In this document: positions 37,144 to 47,800 of the stretch, piece after piece
Position numbering within the stretch: the stretch's first letter is position 1
How the letters are laid out: each line of letters starts with the position of its first letter
Source: an uncultured Clostridia bacterium
GTDB taxonomy: Bacteria; Bacillota; Clostridia; TANB77; CAG-508
Length of the DNA: 64,000 nt
Direction: 5' to 3'
Assembly: GCA_947426305.1 (NCBI GenBank)
Contig: CANEDP010000001.1
Span: forward strand, 66,868-130,867
The notes under the pieces: generated by a model
Seen by the model: only the letters and a program-made list of their open reading frames with translations
The model's database searches: none
What the model was told of the DNA's origin: nothing
Made by a program: the position numbers and the translations under genes

Positions 37144-37219
37144 TGGTGAGCTATCCGCGACTCGAACGCGGGACAACTTGATTAAAAGTCAAGTGCTCTA
37201 CCACCTGAGCTAATAGCCC
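37144..37219 (-). tRNA. tRNA-Lys (anticodon UUU)
   Basis: GGGCTATTAGCTCAGGTGGTAGAGC...CTTGACTTTTAATCAAG...GTTCGAGTC...CCA. Confidence 0.9.
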
Positions 37220-37359
37220 AAACTTTGCAATGCGTCTTTGACTTCATTAGTCAAGACATTTAATAGTATAAACTTTTTTTTTCAGTTTGTCAATACTTTT
37301 TTTTAATTTTCTACAATTTTTCTTGCTATTCCATACTATTTTTTCATAATTTTATTAAA

Positions 37360-37821
37360 TTATACTTCGAAATGCGATTTTTCCAGTTTCAATAATGCCA
37401 CTTTTTTATCGATTCCATAAGCATATCCCGTCATCGAGCCATTCGAACCAATAACTCGATGACATGGTACAATAATTGCAACCGGATTTTTAGCAATTGC
37501 CGTTCCAACTGCACGAATTGCTTTCTCATTTTCTATATTTTTTGCTATTTCTTTATATGAAACCGTTTTTCCATATGGAATTTTATACACCTCATTCCAC
37601 ACCTTTTTCTGAAATTCTGTTCCTACTAAATTTAAAAATACATCAAATATCTTTCTTTTCCCCAAAAAATATTCCTCCAATTGTTTTTCACAGCTTTTCG
37701 TAATTTCATTTGGTTTATCTACAATTGGCTTACAATCTGTAAATTCTATTGCAACTATTTGTTTCTCATTTGCCTCAATTTTAATTTCTCCAATTGGACT
37801 TTTGTAATATGATTGATACAT
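37360..37821 (-). CDS. ogt: Methylated-DNA--protein-cysteine methyltransferase
   Basis: Active-site IVPCHRVI motif and the preceding HTH region. Confidence 0.85.
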   Translation of the reverse strand: MYQSYYKSPIGEIKIEANEKQIVAIEFTDCKPIVDKPNEITKSCEKQLEEYFLGKRKIFDVFLNLVGTEFQKKVWNEVYKIPYGKTVSYKEIAKNIENEKAIRAVGTAIAKNPVAIIVPCHRVIGSNGSMTGYAYGIDKKVALLKLEKSHFEV

Positions 37822-37886
37822 TTTTTCTCCTTTAGGTTAATTATATTATTTTTCATTATTATTTTCAATAACATTCGAAAAAAAAT

Positions 37887-37998
37887 GGGGACGGGGACAG
37901 TCTTGAATTTTCATTATTGTTTTCTTTTTGCTCTCTTAAGTAAGTTTTTACAATTTTAATAGATTTTCTAATATTATTTGAAGAGTGTCCCCGTCCCC
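37887..37998. mobile_element. MITE-like element with GC-rich 21-bp terminal inverted repeats
   Basis: Left arm ggggacggggacagtcttgaa, right arm ttgaagagtgtccccgtcccc. A second, inverted copy lies at 39676-39778. Confidence 0.5.
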
Positions 37999-38041
37999 AT
38001 TTTTTATTTACTTTTACAAAAATTTCTGTTATACTTTTTCT

Positions 38042-38956
38042 ATGAAAAATGAAAAACGATACCAACACTTAAATCAATATCTAAAAACTAAATTTGGTGA
38101 ACGAACTCTAAAAATCTGCATCGATGGCGGTTTTACTTGTCCAAACCGTGACGGCACCGTCAGCTCACACGGCTGTATATTCTGTAGTGAAAAAGGCTCT
38201 GGCGAGCACATTCCTTCTTGTGAAAATATTACAAAACAAATAAAAAACTACTTTTCAAGTTACAAAGCCACTCGAGCTAGCAAATTTATCGCTTATTTCC
38301 AAAACTTTACCAACACTTATGATACTGTGGAAAACTTAAAAGCTAAATACAACACTGCTCTAACAGATGACAGAATTGTAGCTTTAGCCATTGCAACTCG
38401 CCCAGATTGCATTGACGAAAATATCGTTAAACTCTTAAAAAGTTATACCGAAAAACATTCCGTCTGGGTCGAACTTGGCTTGCAGACTTCCAATGACGAA
38501 ACCGGAAAACGAATCAATCGTGGATACAACAGCGTCCAATTCACAAAAGCAGTAAAACTTCTAAATCAATACAATATTGACGTTGTCGCACACATCATGG
38601 TTGGGCTTCCAAACGAAACATTTAACGATTTAGTAAACACAGTAAATTTCATCAACAACCACAATCTTCAAGGCTTAAAAATTCATTCTACTTACGTCGT
38701 AAAAAATACCGTTTTAGCCGAAATGTATAAAAATGGGCAATACCAACCGATTTCATTAGAAACCTACTTAAAAAGCGTAGCCTACATTTTAACCCACATT
38801 TCGCCCAATATTATCATTCACAGAGTATCTGGTGATGCACCAAAGGACTTGCTCATCGCCCCAGAATGGAATTCTCACAAAAAATGGATTTTGAACGGAT
38901 TGGATAAACTAATGCGCGAAGAAGATTTGTGGCAAGGAAAATATTATCAATTTTAA
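38042..38956 (+). CDS. TIGR01212-family radical SAM protein
   Basis: CPNRDGTVSSHGCIFCSEKGSG cluster. Start MKNEKRYQHL at 38042; the longer track ORF begins inside the MITE. Confidence 0.8.
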   Translation: MKNEKRYQHLNQYLKTKFGERTLKICIDGGFTCPNRDGTVSSHGCIFCSEKGSGEHIPSCENITKQIKNYFSSYKATRASKFIAYFQNFTNTYDTVENLKAKYNTALTDDRIVALAIATRPDCIDENIVKLLKSYTEKHSVWVELGLQTSNDETGKRINRGYNSVQFTKAVKLLNQYNIDVVAHIMVGLPNETFNDLVNTVNFINNHNLQGLKIHSTYVVKNTVLAEMYKNGQYQPISLETYLKSVAYILTHISPNIIIHRVSGDAPKDLLIAPEWNSHKKWILNGLDKLMREEDLWQGKYYQF

Positions 38957-39040
38957 ATATGACATAAAAATGTCATATTTAAAGTAAAAAAAGTGATGGT
39001 TGCTACACCATCACTTTTCTGACAAATGAAAATTATTTCA

Positions 39041-39580
39041 TCAAAAAAATTTAATCAACTCCAATATGATACCAGCCTTCGTTTCCACCAATGTACCATA
39101 CACCCACTTGCTCTCAGTTTCTTCTATCTCTCCTATATATGCAATTTCTGACTCTTTACAACCAATTCTTTCGTTTCTGGTATATGCCACATTTTCTCCA
39201 AAATTTCCTTTATGTGTTTTAATATTCCACATAAGTACATCCGAAAAAAATCTTTCTTCGTTACTCAATTTTACTTCATCTAGACAGATATCAGAAACAT
39301 TGTATCTAGGAGATAATCCCTGCCAATAAGTATGAATTCTTCCAAAAAATTCAATCTTATCTCCTTCTTCAAAATAAAGATAATTTTCACTAGTATTAGC
39401 AATCATAGAGCAATTAAGATGTATTCCATCATTCAATCTCATAGTAAATCTCCAATAATGTCCATCGTAAGTTACATTTTGAATCTTTCCTACGCCATGA
39501 ATCACGATTGATGTCCATTTGGATTCCATCTGATTTAATTCAACAATAATCTCCCGTACTGGTTTTAACAAATTAATCAT
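39041..39580 (-). CDS. Hypothetical protein carrying the only in-frame CGG (39556-39554) without a frame change
   Basis: AGGAAG RBS. MINLLKPV-CGG-EIIVELNQ... continues 170 codons in the zero frame. The +1 frame stops after 6 codons. Confidence 0.5.
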   Translation of the reverse strand: MINLLKPVREIIVELNQMESKWTSIVIHGVGKIQNVTYDGHYWRFTMRLNDGIHLNCSMIANTSENYLYFEEGDKIEFFGRIHTYWQGLSPRYNVSDICLDEVKLSNEERFFSDVLMWNIKTHKGNFGENVAYTRNERIGCKESEIAYIGEIEETESKWVYGTLVETKAGIILELIKFF

Positions 39581-39675
39581 ATTATTCTTCCTTTCATCTT
39601 GAACTAAAAATGATTTTACACAACTATTTTCCTAATTTTATTGTATCACATTTACATAAAATTGTCAAGTATTTT

Positions 39676-39778
39676 GGGGACGGGGACACTCTTCGAAGAA
39701 AATAAGAGAAAATTCAAAATCCTTGGTATTAGAGAGTTTTGGAATTTTTCTCTATTTTTCAAGACTGTCCCCGTCCCC
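39676..39778. mobile_element. MITE-like element, inverted copy of 37887-37998
   Basis: Arms ggggacggggacactcttcgaa and ttcaagactgtccccgtcccc. The right arm is the exact reverse complement of the left arm of copy 1. Confidence 0.5.
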
Positions 39779-39955
39779 GAATTTTTAATTTTCTCTAAAA
39801 TATCTAAATTTTTAAATATGACACATTAATGTCATATTTAAAAAAACAAATTATTAATATATTATAAACATCTTTATTTTACTAATTTCTCCGAATTAAA
39901 TTTCATTATCACCAAAAAATAAAATATGACATTTTCATGTCATATTTTATTTTTT

Positions 39956-41032
39956 CTATTTTACATATTCATTTAAAGATTTCAGTTTAAACTGCAAATC
40001 TCCCATCTTTTCCGTTGGAACATATCCTGCCTCAGCATTTACGACATCTGGCAAACGATTGACAATTGTCGCGCAGGTTAATTCTACTGTAGCTGGTTTT
40101 TCTACTACAATGGTTGTATTTGGCTCTCCCTCGACTGTCCAGATATTTTTATCAAATTCTTCTGGCGCATATACTTTTCCGATGCATTCGGATTCAATGG
40201 TAATTCCTTCTTTCGTCTCGGTGGTTACCACTGCACTCATTCCAGTTGCATCTCCAGCTTTTACAGTCATATTCAAAGTCGTTGAAAAGATATCTTTATC
40301 ATGTGTTTGAGGCACACATTTTTGTGTTTGCGATGTGACAGTTAAACCCAATTTTTCCGCCAACCAGCCATTAACATTCCACATATATGATGGTAAATAT
40401 TCTCCTTTTTCAATGATTTCCTGCCTTGCTTCATTACTAATTTTATCAGCAGATGCAATTTCCTTTTCAAAATCAGTAAGTGGCAAACCTGCACCATGTG
40501 CTTTTGCCAACGCAATTCCATAATCTTCTACATTATAACTTGAACTTCCCTTAATTTTCACAATTTTCTGCGTCGAACCTGCAATAGACGTAATTAATTG
40601 TCCCCAATAAATATCTTGATAGCCACTTCCTGTAATCGTACAATTATTTTTCTTGGCTAATTCATCAATTTTTTTGGTTAAATTAGGATTCGAATTCATT
40701 GGAAAAAACGCCTCTTCACAAGTTGTTATCGCATTAATTCCAAGTTCTGCGCATAGCATAAGTGGTTCTTCTACATCATTTAGTAGACTCATGGTTGTTA
40801 CAATCACAATATCAGGCTTTGTTTCCTGCAAAACACTTTTTGCGTCTTTAGCGTCCTTAACCAGAATTCCTTTCTTTTCTGACCCCATAATTTCTCCAAT
40901 GTCTTTTCCGATAACTGCAGGATTCACATCTACTGCACCTACAATTTCTGCTCCTTTTTCGTAAACGTAACGCATCGTATACACTGACATCTTTCCTGTT
41001 CCATATTGGAATACTTTTAATTTTCTTTCCAT
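39956..41032 (-). CDS. NAD(P)-dependent dehydrogenase, DapB-like / 2,4-diaminopentanoate-dehydrogenase-like
   Basis: N-terminal Rossmann KVFQYGTGKMSVYTMRYV...GAVDVNPAVIGKDIGEI. The precise substrate cannot be inferred. Confidence 0.45.
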   Translation of the reverse strand: MERKLKVFQYGTGKMSVYTMRYVYEKGAEIVGAVDVNPAVIGKDIGEIMGSEKKGILVKDAKDAKSVLQETKPDIVIVTTMSLLNDVEEPLMLCAELGINAITTCEEAFFPMNSNPNLTKKIDELAKKNNCTITGSGYQDIYWGQLITSIAGSTQKIVKIKGSSSYNVEDYGIALAKAHGAGLPLTDFEKEIASADKISNEARQEIIEKGEYLPSYMWNVNGWLAEKLGLTVTSQTQKCVPQTHDKDIFSTTLNMTVKAGDATGMSAVVTTETKEGITIESECIGKVYAPEEFDKNIWTVEGEPNTTIVVEKPATVELTCATIVNRLPDVVNAEAGYVPTEKMGDLQFKLKSLNEYVK

Positions 41033-41364
41033 AAAACCTCCTTAAAATTTCAAATTTTCTTCTGTATTTTTATAATATAAAATAAAATCCTTAAGTTAAA
41101 TTTATTTTTTGCAAAAGTCCTAAAAATTATTTCGTTATCAAATTAGAATTTTTTTGCAAAACATATTGACATTCGTAGATAATCATGATATACACTATCT
41201 ATTCTATGGATAAATTCTATCTCTAAAAATTCAGGCACTTCTGCCAAAAAAATCAATTTTTATTTAAAAATAGAAAAGGAGATGTTAATATTATCAAAAA
41301 AATAAATATTTTTTCCCCAATAAACGATTCTATTTTTAAACGATAATGTTATATGCAATATTGA

Positions 41365-41505
41365 AATTCAACTGTATGGCAATTAAGAGAAAAAGATTTT
41401 CCCGAAATTATCTTGACAGATACTTGTGAAATCCATATAATTGAGTTACCAAAATTAATGGAGTTAATAAAAAATGAAGCATTAAAAAAGCCAAGAAAGA
41501 ATTAG
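41365..41505 (+). pseudogene. Remnant of an Rpn/PD-(D/E)XK putative-transposase-family gene
   Basis: The short frame ...EIILTDTCEIHIIELPKLMELIKNEALKK resembles the C-terminal part of Rpn-family proteins. No intact ORF. Confidence 0.3.
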
Positions 41506-41548
41506 AAGAAATCCAAAATCTAATCCCCTAAAAGAAAGAAGGCAAACT

Positions 41549-43685
41549 ATGCATAGTCCACAAAATTTACTTAAAAAATACTTTGGCTATGATCATTTCA
41601 GAAGTGGTCAAAACGAAATCATTGAACAAATATTAAATGGCAAAGATTCTTTAGCTATCATGCCAACTGGCGCAGGAAAATCAATTTGTTATCAAATTCC
41701 AGCTATGATTTTGCCCGGAATAACGCTTGTGATTTCCCCACTTATTTCTTTAATGAAAGACCAAGTCAATACCCTAAACGAAATCGGAATTCCGTCTGCT
41801 TTTATCAATAGTTCTCTTACTGAATTAGAATTCCAAGCAACCATGCAAAATATTTCTTATAATCTTTATAAAATCGTTTATGTGGCTCCAGAAAGGTTAA
41901 ATTCAAATTCTTTTCTTCATTTTCTCAATCAATTAAATATTTCTATGATTACGATTGACGAAGCTCACTGTGTTTCTCGGGTGGGGACATGATTTTAGAC
42001 CAAGTTATCGAGAAATTGCAGGTGTCATCTCGAATTTGAAAAAACGTCCTATTTTATCTGCTTTTACGGCAACAGCAACAGAAATTGTCAAGCATGATAT
42101 CATTGATTTGTTGCATTTGGAAAATCCTTTTATTTTGACTACTGGTTTTAATCGAGAAAATTTGAGTTTTTCCGTTGAATTTCCCAAAAGTAAAAAAGAA
42201 TTTATTTTGAATTTTTTGAAAAATAATAAAGAAGACTCTGGTATTATTTATTGCTCGACCCGCAAACAAGTCGACAGTTTGTTTGCGGAACTTTCTCATG
42301 CAAAATATGCTGTTTCCAAATATCATGGCGGAATGAATGAAAAAGCACGAACGAAATCGCAAGACGATTTTACTTACGATAAAACTTCCATTATGGTAGC
42401 AACTAACGCATTTGGCATGGGAATTGACAAATCAAACATTCGTTATGTGATTCATTTTAATATGCCAAAAGATTTAGAAAGTTACTACCAAGAAGCAGGT
42501 CGTGGCGGACGCGATGGTGGCAATGCTAAATGCATTTTGCTTTTTAGCCGAAGTGATATTATTACTAACAAATTTTTGATTGAGCAATCTTCTGAGTCAA
42601 ACCACAAAGTCGAATATGACAAATTAAATGATATGATTGATTATTGCAATACTGATAAATGCTTGCGAAAATATATTTTAGAATATTTTGGTGAAACACC
42701 AACTTTTGAAAATTGTAATAATTGCAGTAATTGTTTGTCCGAAACAGAAACTACTAATATTACGTTAGATGCACAAAAAATTTTTTCCTGTATGAAAAAA
42801 ATGCATGAGCGATTCGGAATAGGGCTAGTTTCAGAAGTTTTAAAAGGTGCGAAAACAGCAAAAATTAGGAATTTACACTTTGATGAATTATCCACTTATG
42901 GAATCATGAAAGAATATTCCAAAAATACGATTTCTGATTTAATTTATTTTCTGATTACAGAAGGATACATAAAAACCGTTGGCAATCAATATCCAACTTT
43001 AATGCTAAATAAAATGTCAGATGATATTTTATTTGGCAAAAAAGAAATTTTTATGAAACGAAAAATTGAGAAAGAAATTTCGCCTGAAAAAAATCTGGAT
43101 TACGATGAAGCTTTGTTTGAAATTTTAAAATCTTTTAGACACGATATTGCAAGTATCCACAATTTGCCCCCATTTGTTGTATTTACAGACGTTTCTTTGA
43201 AAGAGATGTCCACCTATTACCCAATTACTGTGGATTGTATGTTAAAAATAAGTGGTGTTGGCGTAAATAAATTGGAGAAATATGGCAATATTTTTCTGGA
43301 AACGATTCAAAGATATGTAACAGAAAATAACATTATCATTCCTGAAAAAATAGAAAAAATTTCTGAAACAAAGACGAAGCCTTCTAAAGAAGATACAGCC
43401 ATGATTTCTTTGGAACTCTATAAACAGGGAAAAAGTATCAATGAAATTAGTAAAATTCGTGGTTTTACGAGGCAAACGATTGAAAGTCATCTTATCAAAT
43501 GTTATGAAATGGATCTAAATTTTGATATTACCAAAGATATTCAAACCGAATACGAAACGTCCATTTTAAAGGCAATTGACGAATTTGGTATTCAGAAATT
43601 AAAACTTTTGAAAGAAAATCTGCCAAGTCAAGTCAGTTATTTGGATATTCGCTATTATATTGCCAAATATCGAAAAAATGCATAA
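41549..43685 (+). CDS. recQ: ATP-dependent DNA helicase RecQ, needs a +1 shift at CGG 41978-41980
   Basis: Motif I MPTGAGKS. DEAHCVS, then tct CGG g, then +1 gives GWGHDFRPSYREI. Zn-binding, winged-helix and HRDC regions lie downstream. Confidence 0.85.
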
Positions 43686-43688
43686 AAA

Positions 43689-43717
43689 ATAAGTGCCGAT
43701 TTAGCACTTATTTTTTT
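43689..43717. terminator. Bidirectional terminator between convergent genes
   Basis: Stem ataagtgc/gcacttat flanked by A- and T-runs. Confidence 0.7.
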
Positions 43718-43718
43718 G

Positions 43719-44735
43719 TTATATTTCTTTATATTTTCTATAGCCAATATAAGATACAAAGCCTACACCAATTAAACCTGCTACGATTAATAAAATGTAT
43801 TTTGTTTCAGTTCCTGTTTTTGGTAGATTTGAATTGGTTAATGAAGCATCTGTATTCGTTGTGTTGTTCGTTGTATTTTTGGTGGTATTATCGGTAGTAT
43901 TATTGGTTGTGTTTTTGGTTGTATTATTCGCTACTTTATTATTGTTTTGATTTGTTGAAGTATTTACATTATTGTTTGTATTTATGTTGTTATTATTGTT
44001 TGACTGTTTTGCTTTTACCGTAATAGCTTGAGTAGTTGATTTTGTTACTCCATTCTCTTCATATGAAAATGTTATTAATTTATTTTCTGTTCGTAATTCG
44101 GCGTTTGGAGAATACGTATAGTTTGTTACTTCTTTTTTGGTTCCATCACTATACACTGCTTTTATTACTAACCCTGTTGAACTGAATTTTTCTCCTTCTG
44201 TGTAATCCACTTTATCTGGAGCTTTTTCTATTTCGATTTTTGATAATGTAACTGCTGGAGCTTCAGGCTCGGTCTGTTTTCCCGTTATATTCATCGAAAC
44301 AACTTGGTCTTCTACTGGTAAATCATTATAGTCTGTATTGGTTATTCTAATGTCTTTTAACTTAATTTCACTTGTTTGAGATGATACATCTTCTTTCACA
44401 GCCAATACTAATGTAAAAAGATTCCCAGACTTTATTGCTTCATTCATAGATAAATCTAGTCTTTGATTATCTCCTGCATCTAAATTTGTTCCGCCTTGCT
44501 CAATTTTTTTACTTTTTAGTTCAAATACATTGGTATCATATTCTAATAGTGATTCTATCGCTAAAATTTCCTCTTCGCTTTCTAGTGAAACCAGAATTGT
44601 AAATTCTTCGCCAACTGCTACTTCTGTTTTTGATGCAGTTAATTTTATTGCGCTTGTTGTAGCTAAAGAATTCATAGAAAGCATTAAAATTATTAAGAGC
44701 ATTACAACCAAAACTATTTTTAAACTCTTTTTCAT
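43719..44735 (-). CDS. LPXTG-anchored surface protein with cohesin-like N-terminal domain, Ig-like domain and N/T-rich linker
   Basis: Signal peptide. LPKTG plus a hydrophobic helix plus a RKYK tail. The TASKTEVAVGEEFTILVSLES...LLEYDTNVFEL pattern is cohesin-like (inference). Confidence 0.7.
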   Translation of the reverse strand: MKKSLKIVLVVMLLIILMLSMNSLATTSAIKLTASKTEVAVGEEFTILVSLESEEEILAIESLLEYDTNVFELKSKKIEQGGTNLDAGDNQRLDLSMNEAIKSGNLFTLVLAVKEDVSSQTSEIKLKDIRITNTDYNDLPVEDQVVSMNITGKQTEPEAPAVTLSKIEIEKAPDKVDYTEGEKFSSTGLVIKAVYSDGTKKEVTNYTYSPNAELRTENKLITFSYEENGVTKSTTQAITVKAKQSNNNNNINTNNNVNTSTNQNNNKVANNTTKNTTNNTTDNTTKNTTNNTTNTDASLTNSNLPKTGTETKYILLIVAGLIGVGFVSYIGYRKYKEI

Positions 44736-44889
44736 CTGTTACCTCCGATATCTTTTTATAACGTATATCATTATTATAACTATTATATATATATCTATTT
44801 CCAAAGTCAATACTTTTTAAACCATAAATTTACAATCTTCTTTTATCTTTGACAAAAAAATCCAGAATTAATTCTGGATTTTTTAAATA

Positions 44890-47800
44890 TTATAATTCAT
44901 TTATTTTGTTAAGTCTATATTGATTTAATTTTGTAATATCTCCTAAACTAATCTTTCCATCTTCTGTTACATCCCCTGCTAAAAATTCTGCCCTATCTAA
45001 TGCTATTTTATTTAGTCTGTATTGATTTAGTTTAGTCAAATCACCTAAACCAATTTTTCCGTTTCCTGTTACATCTCCTTTTACAACAACTCTGTGTTCT
45101 TCATTAATCGAATTAATTACAATCATTTCGTTCGTAGCCAATTTCGAGTCTCCTGCCACTTCTTTGTTAGAATCTGACATCTTAATTGTTACCTTGTAGG
45201 GAGATGTAATACATTTTAACAAATCATTTACTGTTGTATTTACTGGAACAATAACGTAATTTACTCCATTAATTGTTTCTACCTTAGTAATGCAACTTTC
45301 TTCTGTTGTATCAAAAATAATTGCTGGTCTAACAGTAAATGCTTCTGATACATATTTGGTTGAAGCTATATTTGAAATATTATCAACTGCATAAATCCAT
45401 AAATACCATGTGCCTTGTGTCATATCTATATTTAATTGTACTTTATTTGCTACAACATTAGCATAATTAGTCGGTTCTGTTGTATTACTTTCCGATACCG
45501 CATAATAAATTGTACAATTATTTTCTGTATCCACTTCTATTGTAGGATGTACTTTTGCTACATTTTCTCCTGTTGGTATTATATAATCTCCACCATTATT
45601 TTCTATTTTTATGATTGGTGCCGTTCCACTTATTACAACTGATACTGCGCTACCATATGAGCCTATATTTCCTACTTTATCTTTTACTTTTAATTGGTTT
45701 GCTCCTATGGTTATTGCCTCTGTATATATTTTTGTAGGAGATGTTTGCCAACTTGCTCCACCATCAAAACTATATTCTGCTAGTCCTGATTCTGCGTCAT
45801 TTGCTTTAATGGTAAGTTCTGTAGAATATTGTGATATTTGTTTTTGATCCACCGCTACTATCGTTGGAGCAATATTATCTATCTTGGTTATATGAACTAT
45901 TTTTTCTTCGCTTTCATTTCCAAGACCATCTTTTACCTTTATTCTAACATTTCCATTTGCTGTTACCTTATAAGTATTATTGGTTGAATAAGCTCCTCCA
46001 TTAAAGCTATATTGTATTCCCCCAATACCCTCATCGCTTGCTACTACTGATAAAGTTGCTTCTCTTGTCCAATTGGTTGGAACACCCACTACATCGTTGA
46101 TAACTGGAGCCTTTCTATCCACATATACTTTTGCAATCTCAGATGCTTGGCTTAGATTTCCAAGATTATCTGTTGTAACCTCCGCTGGTACATATACACT
46201 AACATAACCATCTCCATTTGGCATAACTCTAATGTTTAAATTATTTCCAGAAGTTGAGTTTGCAATAATCGTACCATTTGAAACCATGACATTTGAAATA
46301 TCAACTACCTTATAGTTATCTCCTGATTGTACACCAGAACCTTTATATTGAGTAGCATTTTTAATGTTAGAATCGCTTGGTGTAATTGTAAAATCTATCG
46401 CATCCTGTTTTTGAGAACCTGTTGTAGGATTAATATTGATATTTGGTCCTGTTTCATCACAAAGTACTGTTACATAATTACTTAATGAAAAACAAACTAT
46501 ATTTCCTGCATAATCACTTATATTTCTGGTAGGATTGTATAAACCTTCTTCAGATATTAAATCTATTCTCGCTTCTGCAGATGCAGTCGAATCTATTCCT
46601 ATTTCATCACTAGCACTATATGAAAAACTAATCTTAGCTCCCTTGCGTAACCATATTGTTCCAGATGCTTTATTTTCATTCACTGCCAAAGATGCTCCAT
46701 TTGTATTATTCCCTGATCTATCTGTTGATGAATAATAAGCCGTTCCTGATTGTAAAGAAATACCATCGAAATTTATTATTGGTGCAGTTGTATCTGCTAT
46801 GTAATTTCCATTTCTATAATATATACTTCCATTATCTCCATTTTGAATAATATAAGTGCTGATATAAATATTATTATTATCTTCACCTGAACTTAATAAT
46901 TTCTTCTCCACAGTAGCCGTTTTAATAACACCACCTATTTCAAATTGGGTTAATGGTAAGCTTCCAACACTTAAAAATTTAATTGTTTTTCCTTCTTTAT
47001 AATAATATTTTCCATTAACAAGATTTCCTTCACATGGTATTATGCAAACTTCATTCCAACCATTACACACACCTTTTACATTTCCTGCTATATCACAAAC
47101 TTTATCAACAAGTATAATGGATGAATCATCTTTTGGTCTTACTTTTGCTACTGCATTTGTATCTCCAGTAGTTGCATATGTTATTTCTATATTATCAGAA
47201 TTTCCTGCTGTATATGAACCGTCTGTTGTATTTAGGATAAGCACATCGCTTTCAACCATTTTACGTATTCTTCCGCTATCTTCTAATATATAGGCTCCAC
47301 CTTGAAGTTCATTTGCAATGTTATCCCCGTTAATTACATTTTCAGGAAATATTATTTGTCTATTTGAAATCATTACACCTGTCCATTGTCCTTTTGCTAT
47401 AATTGTATTAGTCCAAGTATTTTCACTTCCCTGTATACCAAGCGAAATTGTATTACCAGAAGTGTCAGTAATAGTTCCTTCAATAAAAGTCAATGTTAAT
47501 CCGCCAAAATAATCACTATTCTGAATATTATATGAAAATATCACATAACTGCCTCTTATTTCCGGATTAGTAGCAACTCTTTCAATTCCATCACCAAATC
47601 TTAATCCTAATCTCAAATTTGAACCACTAGCAACTTCTCTAGAAAACGAGAATCTTACTTTTAATGTTTCTCCAGCTCCATAATATGTCCTTGTATTGGC
47701 TATAGCAGTATCTATCGTCTTATTTGTATCCATATAGCAATTAATTGCAGTCTGGTAAATACCCGCATCTGTTCCCAAAGCATTATAAGTACTTACAACT

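Noticed and set aside
37865-38068. Track ORFs 37865-38068 (-), the N-terminal extension of 37985-38956 (+) and 39641-39829 (+).
   Set aside because: They are read through the GC-rich MITE-like arms (GDGDS / SPSP-type translations), lack an RBS, and conflict with the well-supported start of the radical SAM gene at 38042.
41033-41364. A possible riboswitch or T-box leader in the long AT-rich region upstream of the dehydrogenase gene and recQ.
   Set aside because: No conserved riboswitch core, specifier or T-box motif could be recognised by eye. The region more likely reflects the decayed Rpn-family gene.
43850-44010. The Asn/Thr-rich tract as a noncoding DNA microsatellite.
   Set aside because: It is in frame within the LPXTG protein as an imperfect low-complexity linker (NNTTKNTTNNTTDNTT...) between the Ig-like domain and the sorting signal.
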